64,000 nucleotides of DNA from Eledone cirrhosa. Lineage: Eukaryota. The stretch's first letter is position 1. Each line of letters starts with the position of its first letter. This document shows, piece after piece, positions 1-13,159 of the stretch. A model generated the notes under the pieces. It ran no database searches and was not told the DNA's origin. It saw nothing but the letters and a program-made list of their open reading frames with translations. Made by a program: the position numbers and the translations under genes. The stretch spans positions 337,404,001-337,468,000 of the forward strand of contig OZ024740.1 in assembly GCA_964016885.1 (NCBI GenBank). Direction: 5' to 3'.

Positions 1-29
1 TATATTTGAATTTCGAAACTTATTTAGGT

Positions 30-915
30 TGTCTGTATGGCATATCCGTGTGTTTGTATGTGTCTGTGTGTGTATGAGTGTATGCATTTGTGTATGTGTA
101 TGTATGTGTGTGTATATGTGTATGTGAGTGCGACTGTGTATGCATGTGTGTGTTTGTATGGCATGTTGTGTGTGTATATAGATATTTTTATATATATATT
201 GTTATACTTTGGGAGGGTCATGTTGCCAATAAGAAACACACGCACCAGTTGCTTTCACTTCAATTTATTATATATTTATAAATTTATAAATTTACAAATT
301 TACAAACTTATAAATTTCTGGTTGGTTGGTTGGTTCCACAACCAGATAGTTGTTTATATATAGTCATAGTCCTTTCGTCACACACTCTGTGACCTCTTCA
401 GTGACTGGGGATTCCTTTCTTCGTTTCTGTGCCTTTCCTTTCTTCTATCCTACGCCATTTTTATATATATATATATACATATATATATGTTTGTGTGTGT
501 GTGTGTCTCTATGGTATGACTGTGAGTGTTTTTATGGTAAGCCTGTATGTATGTATGCATATATGTATGTATGTATGCATGCATGTATATATGTGGGTGT
601 GTATGCATGTATATACATGAATGTTTGTATGTGTATGTATGTCTGTGTGTGTGAATATATCTGTAATATATGATTGTGTGTGTGTGCATGATTGTGAGTG
701 TGTGTATGTGTGAGTGTTTGTATGGCATTATTGTGTGTGAGTGTGTAGGTGTGTATCTGTGTGACATGATTATGTATATGCATGTATAGGCATACAAAAG
801 TGTTTGTGTGTATATGTGTGTGTGTATGTGTTTGTGTGTATGTATGTGTGTGTATGCGTGTGTGTGTGTATGTATGTGTATCAGTGTGAGTGTGTGTATG
901 TCACTGTGTGTGAGT
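30..915. repeat. Degenerate (TG)n/(TA)n/(TGTA)n low-complexity tract
   Basis: Directly visible; explains the CVCM/HTHT-type ORFs. Confidence 0.9.
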
Positions 916-1212
916 GTGTCTTATAAGGCGTATCATGGAATGGTTAATACATTTTCAGTAATTACAAGAGAGGTCGCTTCTCACAGAAATTCCCATTTTC
1001 TACATCAATTTCATTATTTCCACCACAACCACCATGTATATTGATGTAGTTGCATGCTTTTATGTGTGTGCTTATGTGTTTGTGAGTTGTTAAGTGTGTT
1101 GATATGGGTGTGTATATACATATTTATTTAAAGAAAAGTTCAGCCCTTGCTAACAGGGAAAGTGGATGTTAAAATGATGATATGTATCTATCTATTTAGG
1201 AGGGGGGGGGGG

Positions 1213-2662
1213 GGGTAAAATTCCTGAGATCCATGGACGAGTTCTCTCCAGCGGTCTCTGTCCCTCATTATCGCTGCCATGTCCTGTATCTCCAAGAGAC
1301 CAGGGCATCAACATATGTCAACCTCGGTCATCCTCTTCCAGTGTGTCCATGCAAGGGCTCCCACAGGAGTACTGAGTGCAGTGTCAACTCTGGATGTTGG
1401 TGAGCATGTCTAGCTAACCTCAATCTTTTCTGTGTCACTTTTGAGCTGAGTCTTGGGAGGCTCCCATACAACTCTGAGTTTTTCATCCTCAGTGTATACT
1501 GATTAATGTTCAGAGCCATCCTTAGCATTCTCGTGTAGCACCCATCCATCATCTGAGTGAGTTTCTTGGTCAGTGTCCAAATCTCAGGCCCGTACAGCAG
1601 CACAGACTCCACTACAGCAACGAAGAGGCTGATCTTCAGGTCTTTACGAAGATCCGACTGCCACACCGATCTCAAGCTGTGGCATGCCGCCCAGGCTTTG
1701 CTCTTCCTCTCGACCACATCATCATTTGTACTCCCAATCTTTGGTCCCAAATACAGGAAATCTTCAATCAATTCTAGCGGCTTCTCGCCTACATTAGTAA
1801 TCTTCTCTGGCTTCTTAATATTCTCTACCAGATATTTCGTCTTAATCTCATTCATTCTCAGCCCTACACTCATCAACACAGTCTCCACCTCATGCATTAA
1901 ATCCTCTGCTTCCTTCACTGTGTTTGTCACCAAAACTATGTCGCCGGCAAATTCAGCATCCGATATCTTTTTCGCCTTAACTCTCCTGCTCTGAGCCAGT
2001 GTTACAGTAAAGCCAGAGTCCTGGTATTTCTCCAGTGCAAGGTGCATACAATAGTCCACTACGATGATAAAAAGGTAGGGAGCCAATGTATCTCCCTGGA
2101 GCACTCCAGCCAGTATCTCAAAGAACTCTGTCATCCCATCAGGTGTAATGACTTGGGCTTTGGTGTTGGTGTAGAGCAGTGATATCAGGTCCACTATCTT
2201 CTTGGGGATTCCATAAGCCTGTAAGATCTTTATCAGGCAGTGATGGTCCACAGAATCAAAGACCTTCCTAAAGTCAATGAAAACCATGACCGCAGGAAGG
2301 CACTTTGCTCTAGCTCCCTCTAATATCCACCTCAACATCAGGATGTGACTAGTGGTTGATCTTCCCTCTCTGAAGCAATCCTGTTGAGGGTCTTTGCCAC
2401 AAGTGACGTCAGTGAGATCTCCGTGTAGTTGTTGGTGTTAGAGAGATCTCCATTCTTTGGCACTCGAACGATGTTACTGATCCTCCACTGATTCGGGGCA
2501 ACTCCTTTCTCCAGTACCTGGTTACAGAACTCTAGGATGATATCATCAAAATCACACCTTTTCATCACCTCTGATGCCACTCCATCTTCTCCATGAGCCT
2601 TGCCCTCCTTACATCCAGACCTGCCAACCGCTCTCTCCACACTTCTGATCTTCTCTATCATG
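1213..2662 (-). mobile_element. 5'-truncated, degraded RTE-group non-LTR retrotransposon (RT region)
   Basis: ORFs 2338-2703 and 1328-2338 carry RT motifs VPKNGDLS..NY, FIDFRKVFDSV, GVLQGDTLAPYLF, FAGD (decayed Y/FADD), FLYLG, VLLYGPEIWTL. Frameshifted near 2340. Confidence 0.88.
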
Positions 2663-2739
2663 ATATGTATATATATATATATATATATACATGATATAAA
2701 CATTCTCTCCAGATAAACATTCTCTCTCGATACTTAAAT

Positions 2740-2777
<38 letters not shown>

Positions 2778-2783
<6 letters not shown>

Positions 2784-3584
2784 TGATAATAATGGAGCTG
2801 CGACGCTGCAAATGGGTTACATATGAAAAAGTTTGTCCTCATCAGTGGCCATCCAACCGTCGTAGGCATTTCGTCACATTAAAGGCCATATACCTCAGGT
2901 TGGTGCGAGCAACGGCTAAAAAAAAGTCGTTGGGACACGTAAATAAAGGGGACGCTAGGGTAAACAAACAAAATGGTTAGCGCCGCAACTCCATTATTAT
3001 CATATTTACACATATTTTTTCCTCCACTACCACCAGTCTGTTTCGTTCTTTGTGTCTTTACCCTTTCTAGCAGTCTCTCTCTCTATTAGCCTCTTCCTCA
3101 CCTTTCACTCACTCACTCTCTGTCACTACCTCTCCTCCTCCCCTTTCTTCCCGTTTGACCTGTCCGTAATCCTTTTCTCGCGGGCACTTGGCCAAGCCGG
3201 TATGAATTTTTTTTCTCTCTCTCTCGTCTGCGACTTCACAGAACTTATGTTTACCGAATTCGCAGACCAGACCCTTTCTTCCTCCCGTTAGACCTGTGCG
3301 AAATTCCTTCCTTGCTCACATTTCAACCAGGTTTGATGGTCTTTATTCTCTCGTTCACGATTCCACCGAATTTATATTCATAGAAATCTGGGACTTGTTT
3401 CCTTCTTCATCACTTTCTGCTGCTTAAACCATTTTGTTTGTTTACCCTAGCGTCCCCTTTATTTACGTGTCCCAACGACTTTTTTTTAGCCGTTGCTCGC
3501 ACCAACCTGAGGTATATGGCCTTTAATGCGACGAAATGCCTACGACGGTTGGATGGCCACTGATGAGGACAAACTTTTTCATAT
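2778..3584. mobile_element. Non-coding element with nested inverted repeats between (TA)n runs, possibly a Penelope-like pLTR
   Basis: 2821-2978 is the near-perfect reverse complement of 3427-3584; 2778-2807 is inverted relative to 2980-3008. Confidence 0.6.
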
Positions 3585-3751
3585 ATATATATATATATAG
3601 AATATTTAAGTATCGAGAGAAGAAGAGATAAGTGATACATATAGTTAGTTGCCAATAGCTTGTGCAAATGTGCTCAATACTTGTGCTTACAGGGTTAAAT
3701 ATTAGAAGCATTAATATCTAGCGGGCGAGAATATAAGCAGAGCAGTTACAA

Positions 3752-4480
3752 GTGAAATTATTACAAAGGAGAATATACCGCTAAAACATGTTTATATAAA
3801 AGCACCTACGTACGTTTCACCTGAAACTAAGACACTCCATGTCACTTGCCATCACAACATTAAAAGACGCCAACATCAGCTTCTCCACACACTGGGAAAT
3901 TGTCGGCAGGGCAGCACTGTACAATTTTAAGAGGAAATGCGAGCTTTGCCTTATGGAACTTTACTATATTATAAGAGCACCCCTTGAACTCATAAACAGC
4001 AGAGCAGAATCAGTGATAAACTGCAGGCACCGAATACAAGGGTCTTACTTCGGATGGAAATCGACTGAGGCATGAAAACCATAAACTGGGTCCCCCTGCA
4101 CCAAACCATAACATTCCGGTGGGCAGACGGCGCAAATAAACATCTGTAAACCAACTATGCATCCCAGACCCTGCTTGAATCAACAATAGTAAAGCAGCAC
4201 CCACAAAATAGTAATGGGAAAACACCATCATGTGAACGGATAATAAGCAGTTTGGGGACGATTATTCAAACACCGGCCAAAGTTACTCCCCTTGCTCTGT
4301 GGCAAAAACAACACGTGTTTGAATGAAGAATGAACTTTGATGTAATTATAACCTTAAAACCCCTCCCAGGTCATGTTCTGAACATTTTTTAGTTTTCTAT
4401 GCCCTTTTCGGGCGAAACGTACATAGGTGCTTTTATATAAACATGTTTTAACGGTATGTTCTCCTTTGTAATCATTTCAC
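3752..4480 (+). mobile_element. Penelope-like element 3' fragment (GIY-YIG endonuclease C-terminus) with inverted terminal segment
   Basis: ORF 3839-4075 (W.IV.RA..Y...KCELCL.E...I...INSR.E.V..CRHR) matches the PLE endonuclease C-terminal pattern; 3752-3826 is inverted to 4406-4480. Confidence 0.8.
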
Positions 4481-4495
4481 ATATATATATATATA

Positions 4496-5315
4496 TCATC
4501 CCTATCATCACCATTTTATGCTTGCATGGGTTGGATGGGTTCTTTCCAGCACAGCATCTCTCCAATTGTCTCAGTTATTCATCATCTCTTCTGTGAGATT
4601 CAGTGATATAAGATCAGCTCTGATAACCTCTGCTCAGGTCTTCCTTGGTCTCTCTCTACCACAGCTCCCTTCCACTGGGATTTTTTGCCCCTTCTTCCTC
4701 CAGCACTCATCATCCTTAAACATCACATAGCCATACCAGTTCAGTCTTCTCTCCTGCACACTACATCTAATTCTTCTTATCTCCAGCCTCTCTCTCAGCT
4801 AATCTATGCTTTGCCTTTGACATATATTAACATTGCACATCCTTTGAAGTATACATGGTTTATTTCTCTCCAACCTTTGCATATTCTCCATGTTCACTGT
4901 CCATGTCTCACTACCATGCAACGTCACATTTTATACACACTCATCATACAGTCAACCTTTCTTTCATAGAGAGGAACCTTTTGCTGTTAACAGAGGTAGT
5001 AGCTCTTTTCCATCCTGTTCTTACTTTTACTACTATGTTTTCAGTGCAGGCTCCTCCCGCAATAATTTTATCACCTAGGTACCAGAAGCTATCAACCGCA
5101 TCCATGGAGACTTCTTGGGAAAACGTTTATTTTATTTGTGCTCTTATTACTAACTATCCATGTGCATCTACCACATACAATGGTTACCTTTTCTATTAGT
5201 TTGCCTACTATACTATTACACCTTTTGTGCACTCAAGATATACATGGTGTACATCATATAGAGTTACTACCTACTCCTTTTCTACATATTGAGCAGGGCC
5301 ACTTTCTTGATGGGA
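4496..5315 (-). mobile_element. Old degraded RTE LINE 3' fragment (short-3'UTR subfamily)
   Basis: Minus strand reads KWPCSICRKGVGSNSI*CTPC..VHKRC, homologous to the young RTE copies; shared AACCCATGCAAGCA tail. Confidence 0.8.
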
Positions 5316-6527
5316 TCAGGATATATATATATATATAGAAAGTAAACAGAAATAACAAAGCAAACAACACAGTACATTGAAGAAATATATTAGTTTAATG
5401 CTTGAAATAGCAGGAAAAGAGTCTTATCATTTTGGACCATAGTCGTTCATCAGAAGATAGAGTTAGAAATAGAAGATAAAATAGAAAGATAAAGAGTGAA
5501 AAGAGGAATAGATGGGGTGGAAAATGAGCAAACAAAGGGGGAAAACGCATGTGCGTATTCAGTCAGCCATTTTGGACACACACACACGCATGAATTTTAT
5601 TCAATATTTTTATACAAACTGTTTTTCATAATTTTTCAAGAGTTCTGGCATCAGTGCTGAAGTTGGATCTATGGGAAGAACGATTCTTCATCAAGGAGGA
5701 ACTATCCAAATTGATTTTGCGTAAAGTGAAGGTAGGACTCTTGCATGATTTAATTATTGTGATATTATCTAGAAGGGTACAGGACAGTGGTGAAGAATCT
5801 GTGGCATATATGTTCAATGTGGCATGTGAAAATATTCTATTGGCATGTGGAAGAGGGGGATATAATGTATATGAGGGGGTTCTGAAAGGTTCCTGGCTTT
5901 GGGTAAAAGAAAATACAGGAGGGTCAGTTAATAGAAAATACAGGAGGGTCAGTTAAAAGAAAATACTGGAGGATCAGCTGCAGGTGTGAGCCTCGTGAGA
6001 TGAAATGGCTCTTCCAGCGCATCTCCCTTACCATCCTCCGGGAAAACGCCTTCCTCATTCTGTCCACCGGGGCTGTGGGGCAGCCAGCATGTGGGATCCC
6101 ATTTGCTCATAATACAGAGCTAGGAATTTTTTAGCACCCCCTTGTATTATTAAGAAAAAATATTCGGTAAATTTTAATTCAACAGAAATTGATACATGTT
6201 CTCAGTGAGAGACTGCTAAAAAAATGAAATAAATATAAAAATAAACAAATTAAATAAAATGAAAATGTCCATTAGTAAAAAGTGACCATCAGATCAAAGC
6301 AGCAATATATGTATTACTAAGATCTCTCAGTTTACTGGTATTGCCTAGGATTACCATTATGTCATAATGGGTTTTGTCTACTTATTTGTGAGAAAGTTAG
6401 TTACATTACTAAATCCTTCAATTCTTGTTTATTTTCAAAATTAATTAAAAGTCAAGTGTTTCTCATGAGAAATAGAGTAACAAAAAGTTTCTAGTAATGA
6501 CCATTACTTAAACAAACTGCCTATGGT

Positions 6528-7372
6528 TTTCGGGAAGAACGACGACGTACTTGGGGAAACTCTAGGCGTCGACGAAAATCAACTAGCCAATCTTCAGAAG
6601 AATTTCGGGCCGGCACCTATGGACAATTTCCAGAAATCTCTGGCCTGGCAGTGCTACCGAGGAGCTTTACTAGTTCTGGATAAACTCTACAGGCATGGAA
6701 GTGCCATCAGCCAGGCATGTCTGAGATGCGTGCAGGGCGACGAAACTGTCCTGCATGCACTCATCCAGTGTCCGAGCATTTCTGACTTGTGGGTTTATGT
6801 CGAACACCTGCTGTCATGTGTAGAACGGATCCGGCTATCAGCTGAGTCCATCGTGAGGATTGCCCTGCCCTCTTTCTTTAGCCGGGAAGGGCAGGCAGCT
6901 TTTATCTGTATGGTGGCCATGGCGAAAGAGATAGTATGGTGGACGCGCCTGAAAGGGTTGAAGACGAGCACTTACCTCTTCGGTGATGCCCTGATTAACT
7001 TTTTCAAATTTCATTTGGAAAGGAAAATCAGGGTAGAGAGGAAAGTGCTCTCTTCCCAGCATTTTGTTGAAATATGGGTGAGAGAGGCAAGAATGGTTAC
7101 TCTGAGTATGTGTCTGTAAAATAAAGGTGGAAAACTGGGAGAGGGCACTTGCCCTGGTGGTCAGGGTCACCGTGGCTTTTTTTAATGGGCTTACTCCACG
7201 ATGGCCCTCGGAAGTCTCCCCCTATTGGGGAATTTTTCATTGTTCTTTTTTTTTGTTACATCCTCTGTTTTTTGTTTTTTTACACGCATAAATGCCCATT
7301 TATACTGTCCTGTATTGTCCTGTAATGTCCTTAATGTCTACTTTGTGTAAACCCTTGTGGTTAATAAAGAAA
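6528..7372 (+). mobile_element. L1/Tx1-clade LINE 3' fragment (C-terminal CCHC zinc knuckle and 3'UTR)
   Basis: ORF 6523-7119 contains CLRC..GDETVLHALIQCP (zf-RVT-like), then a T-rich UTR and AATAAA. Confidence 0.8.
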
Positions 7373-7394
7373 GCATTATTAACTGGGTGTTTAG

Positions 7395-7612
7395 GGTGGT
7401 AGGCTGGAATTATCAGTAGAGCGTTGGACACCCTACTTTGTGATATAGAGTTATGGCCTTTTATGTTCTGAGTTCAAATCCCACTGAGGTTAGCTTTGCC
7501 TTTCATCCTTACAGGGTTGATAAAATAAAGTACCAGTCACACCCTGGGGTTGATTTAATCAATTTTCTCCTTCCCCAAATTTCTGGCCTTGTGCCTAAAT
7601 CAAAAAGTATTA
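7395..7612 (+). mobile_element. tRNA-headed SINE family A (Meta-domain-like)
   Basis: B box GAGTTCAAATCC, core GCCTTTCATCCTTAC.GGGT.GATAAAATAAAGTACCAG, (ATT)n tail. Confidence 0.8.
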
Positions 7613-8384
7613 TTAAGTGGCTGTTTGGAGCATAACAAATATTCTTTTAGATCGAGAGTTGTCCGAAAAGTTCATAGGCTAACCAAAATACTCCCATGGA
7701 ATGACCAAATAAGGTATATTGTTCAACATAACCCCAGGAAAGAAACAATTCACTTATTAATAAGAAGAGTTGAAATTAATGCATTCAAGATTTCACATTT
7801 CTAGCATCACTCCTTCATAGTTAGCTGATGAACTTTTTTAGCCCATCCTCATAGATAAATATAAACATTTTAAAACAAAAATTTGTGTTGTAGAACCAAA
7901 GGCAGTTTCAGGCAGTTTGGTATCAAAAGGATTAAAAATGCTTTCAAACATTTCATTCTATTTCATCCCCATATCTATAAGATAAAATATAATGGTTTTA
8001 GCAATTTTGTCGGGAGGGAAAAGTTGATTATATTGATCACCTGCCACCAAGTACTTGACTGGTAGGAGACAGAGGCAGTGACAGTTGGGGTTTGGTTCTT
8101 TTGTGTTCGGACCTTGTGTATGTGTAAATGTTTCAACTATACCACTCAACTATAAAGTATAACTGAAGCAATCAGAGTTATGAGCCTTGACTAGGGGCAC
8201 AACGTTTATTTTATTGACCATAGAAGGATGAAAAAGGAAGCTGACCATAGCAGGATTTGAACTCAGGACACAAAGAGCTGAAACGAGTACTGTAAAAAAC
8301 TTTGTTTGATGCTCTGACAATTCTGCCAATGTAGCAATCTTATAAGATACAAATCTATTATATTAAATCTATTATAGTTACAGT

Positions 8385-8592
8385 AGATTGGCAGTTTCGG
8401 TAGAACGTTGGACACCTTGTTTTGCAGGATATAGTTACGACCCTTTACAATCTGAGTTCAAATGTCGCCGAGGTTAGCTATGCTTTTCATCCTTATGGGG
8501 GTCGATAAAATAAAGTAGCAGTAATGCACTGGGGTCAATTTAATCAACTTTCTCCTCTCCCCAAAATGCTGGCCTAGCGCCTATAGTAGACA
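8385..8592 (+). mobile_element. SINE family A copy
   Basis: Same A/B boxes and core as the other copies. Confidence 0.8.
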
Positions 8593-8653
8593 GTGGTTGT
8601 AACTGTGGTGTAAGTTGTCTGTCGCATTATGGAAAGGAGTTGGTAAGAGTGTG

Positions 8654-8722
<69 letters not shown>

Positions 8723-9845
8723 TGAGAGAGAAAGGTGGTGGTAAAAGCAGCAAACACAGACATTTTTTATTTTTTAATCTCACATTTTTATGGAAAGGGG
8801 ATGGTAAGAGAGAGAGAGAGTGGCGCCAATGGTAGAGGAGGAGCTGAAAATTTTGTTTTAAACGTACTCTGTATGAAAAACATTGTTTATCCTCATATTT
8901 ATAAATGAGCAAACTATTCTATTTTGGTAGTTTCAGTCATTTCTTCAATTTATTTAATATATTTTGTTGTGTTATACATATGTAATTTAGTATTGTATAT
9001 ATTATTTGTGTGAGGGTATATACATATAAACATACATACATATATATAAATATACACACACACACACACACACCACACATATAATTCAAAAATAAAATAT
9101 TTAGAATTTCATATTGATTTTTAATACTTGGTGATTGTATCAAATTAAACAGTGTAATTTCCATAGTGTCAGCTAGATGTTAATAAAAATGATAATCTGT
9201 AGCTCGAAAAATTTATGAAAGTTCGCACGAGAATTTTACTTCAGAAGACTGTAAATGAGGTTGGCGTTAGGAAGGGCATCTAGCTGTAGAAACTAAGCCA
9301 AAACCAGTTCTGCATGAGCAGGACATGGTTGTCTGACCCGGTATTGCTCATAACAGGATCACTCGTCTAACCCATGCCAGCGTGGAAAAATAGATGTAAT
9401 TGGTGATGATGAAGACTATTAACAATGAGATCCGACATTCTCAAAAAGGGTTTACCATCCTTCCTGATCTAGCAGGTAGGATGTCATAGGTTTGGGTTTT
9501 GTTACATGATGTATCACATGATGTGGCATGTAAATAGTGTAAGACTGTCACACTGATAATTGATACCACTGTCACATAGTATAATGATGTCACAAGACAT
9601 ACGACTGTCTCATGATGATATCACACTATTGGGTCAACTGTTTAGTGTAAGGTTTGGTTGGTAAGGAGTGAGACAGTACAGGTATTTAGTTTTTATTATA
9701 TATATATTGGTGTAGGCATAGTTTCAGGTTCAATCCGATGGTGTGGAAGCTTGGGCAAGTATCTTCTATTAGAGCCTCAAATTGACTAATGTCTTATGAA
9801 TGAAATTTGTTTAATGGAAAGTGTATAGAAGTCCAAATATATATA

Positions 9846-10148
9846 TGGCTTAGTGGTTAGAGCGTTGGCTTTGTAATTGAGAGGTTATGAGCTCGATTCT
9901 TGGCCAAGGTCATGCATTGTGCCCTTGAGCAAGACACTTTATTTCACATTACTCCAGTTCACTCAGCTGTAGAAATGAGTTATGACATCACTAGTGCCAA
10001 GCTGTATTGGCCATTGCCTTGTCCTTTGACAACATCAGTGATGTGCAGAGGGGAGAATGGTATGCATGGGCAACTGCTGGCTTGTGCCTCAGAGGGAAAC
10101 TTTCTTGGTGCAAAAATCGTGGTCATTAGTGACAGATGGGAGCCTTTT
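9846..10148 (+). mobile_element. tRNA-headed CORE-like SINE (family B)
   Basis: TGGCTTAGTGGTTAGAGCG head followed by CCTTGAGCAAGACACTT...CTCAGCTGTAGAAATGAG. Confidence 0.7.
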
Positions 10149-11857
10149 TAAATATATATACATATATCAGGATTTTAAACTAGTAAGACCATTATTCAGC
10201 AGAGTACTTGATACTTGGGATAGTAGAGTGTAACTATATTAGAGAGAGTCAAGTCCCAACTATCTCTGATATATATATATATATAAAATAATTAGGCTAT
10301 GTGATTACATTGAAAATATCATCTATATATAAATTTGAGCCACTTCTGTCCATCCGTCCGCCTGTCATACATTAGAGATGATTGAGGAAGGAAGGGGTGA
10401 TGATGTCATGCACTAGAGATAACTGAGGAGGAAGGGGTGATGATGTCACACACTGGAGATGACTAACATTCACTACACTTGTGTGTACAATCTATGTATA
10501 AATTCGAGCGACTTATTTTGTAAATGTGTCTGTGTTTGTGTGTTTATAATAATATACTCACACACCTGTTAGCATGTTGAAAAAAATTCTAGTTTAAAAA
10601 AGATACGTGGGAGAAATATAGGAAATAGAAAATGTGGAAGAGATAAATACATGGACAATTCCTGCTCATTGTCTGTCTTTCTGGGGATCATTATAGTTTG
10701 GGATGCTTTATAAGACAAAACTATTTACCCTCAATGCATCAATAGAAACCACAGAGTTATCCATGGATAGCTATTTGGATGAAAAAAACAACGGACATTG
10801 GACAAAATACACACACAAAACAAAACAAGAAGAAATAACTACTTACTGATATGGGACAGGAAAATTGCTACAATCGATAGCAACATATATAAGGGCTTGG
10901 TAACCATAGTAGAAATGAAGGAATGAATTAAATTAATACAAGTTCGAGCAGTAAGCCTTAGAGCTAATATTAATAGGAGAGACATAATGAAGATGACTGA
11001 CCATATTGGTGTCAAACTTCAAAAGGCTGAGACAAAGGCTTTGAAGGATAGTGCAGTATTCTAAAGTGATTGATTAAATCTGTGCCAGACAAATAAAAAT
11101 TAACATTGGTGTCAAAATGTTTGACTAAATCCTTTCAAAGCAATATCCAGCATGGCCACAGTCTAATGACTGAAACAAATAAAAGGGTAAAAGAATACAA
11201 TAATAATAATTTTGCCAACAATAGCTTCATTGGTGATGGGTTTCCAGCAGACAAGTCACTAATTCTCTGTATTTCCAATAATGTGAGTAACTAGAGTGTG
11301 TCTGTGCACCTCAGGTGGGATATATACCCCAAGGTACTTTCATTCAAATGTACTGATTTATCAGTTTTATTGTCAATGATATTCACACAAATACACACAC
11401 ATGATGGGCTTTTGCAAAGTTTCAATCCATATGAGACATCACAACTGATGCGCTATTGATTCTACCAACCCTTCACCTTGAAGTGGTAACTGACCTCGAA
11501 ACGATGAAAGACAAAGTTGATCTTGTTGGGATTTGAACTCAGAACAGATAGCACAAAACATTTTATTCAACACTCTATGTAACAAATTACCTGCTTTTGA
11601 TTTTTGGTGCTGCTTTCTTCACCATCATGTTTCTCCTCTTCTCTGTGATTTTCACAGATTTTGTGTTAAAACTTTGAACTCTTTGAGGATACCTGGGAAA
11701 GATTATCATTTAGTTCTCAAACTTTTTACCACCCCCACCCCTCATGGCCATGTAATAACCTCAGCGTCCCCCACCCCTATTTCCAGAGAGACCTGTCTAC
11801 TTGCAAATTGTAAATAATATATAATAAATAAAAGCATTAATTCATATATAATAAATA

Positions 11858-12017
11858 ATTGTTTCTACTATTGGCACAAAGCCAGCAATTACCCAGTACA
11901 TTACTAGTACTTTATTTTATCGACCCCGTAAGGATGAAAGGCAAAGTTAACCTCGGCGGGATTTGAACTCAGAATGGCAAGGGCAGTAACTCTATGCGTC
12001 CGACCCTCTATCGATAC
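11858..12017 (-). mobile_element. SINE family A copy (short variant)
   Basis: Reverse complement of the family A core. Confidence 0.8.
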
Positions 12018-12999
12018 TAATAAATAATATAATATATATACTATGTATAAATAAATATATATTTTTTATTTTTCTATATTTATATAAAATGTGTCATTTG
12101 ATATTTAATATACTATTATATCATCTCTACCACCCCTTAGACCCCAGCATCCCCTGGACCTTCTCAATGCCCCATGGGCCTGGTAGCCCCTACTTTGAGA
12201 ACCTCTGATCGAATTATCAAAATGCTGACACCATAAGTTAATGTATGGTAGCAGACAACATCCCTGTAACAGGCAGCAAACTTATCAGTTAGCCACCTAG
12301 TGGACAACAAATGGTCTGGCCAGTGGCAAGGAGGGATAAGCAAGTTGACACTTTTTGTCTTTCTATTTTCCTCACTCCCCTCTCTTATTATTCTACTCTC
12401 TCTCTTTCTCTATCTTTCTCTACCTTTCTCCTATCTTTCTCACTCTTTCTCACTATCTCTCTCTTTCTCTATCTTTCTCACTCTTTTCTTTCTCTCTTTC
12501 TCACTCTCTCTCTTTTCTTTCTCTCTTTCTCACTCTTTCTCTCACTCCCCCTGTCTCTCCCTCTCCCCCCATCTCTCCTACCTCTTCTCAACCCCTCCCT
12601 CCCCAACAGAGCTAAACTAACATACACACACTGTCAAATACTTTGCTAATATTACTGGAAACTTCTCTGTCACTGCTGTTTTTGACAGGACCATTCTGCT
12701 TTACTTGATTTGTTGCAATCCTTACAATTCTTGTTGTTCTGAATTAGCATTAAATAGAAATATTGCAAATCATGAATATATATCTCTGTCATTCTTCTGT
12801 ATTCATTTCAATCTTGTCCAAACTACACACAGTTGGAGTATTCAGTGGAGTTCTCAGGCAATAATTTAACTGGTATTCAATTAAATTGTGAACATATTCC
12901 TGCTGCTTTGATCTTGTCTCTTGTCGAGTTTATAATTGATGATGATGATGTTGATAGTGATAGTGATGAGGATAATGAGGATAATAATGTTATAGTGAT

Positions 13000-13025
13000 T
13001 GTTGTTGTTGTTGTTGTTGCTGCGG

Positions 13026-13078
<53 letters not shown>

Positions 13079-13157
13079 CTTCTTCTTCTTCTTCTTCTTC
13101 TTCTTCTTCTTCTTCTTCTTCTTCTTCTTCTTCTTCTTCTTCTTCTTCTTCTTCTTC
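13000..13157. repeat. Compound (GTT)n(CTT)n microsatellite
   Basis: Directly visible. Confidence 0.95.
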
Positions 13158-13159
13158 TT

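Noticed and set aside
24-1044. Numerous CVCM/YIYI/HTHT ORFs here and throughout the window
   Set aside because: Dinucleotide-repeat translations with no coding signal.
9193-9250. Possible upstream exon LEKFMKVRTRILLQKT
   Set aside because: The apparent donor GTAAAT is part of an RTE-tail repeat and the acceptor lacks a pyrimidine tract.
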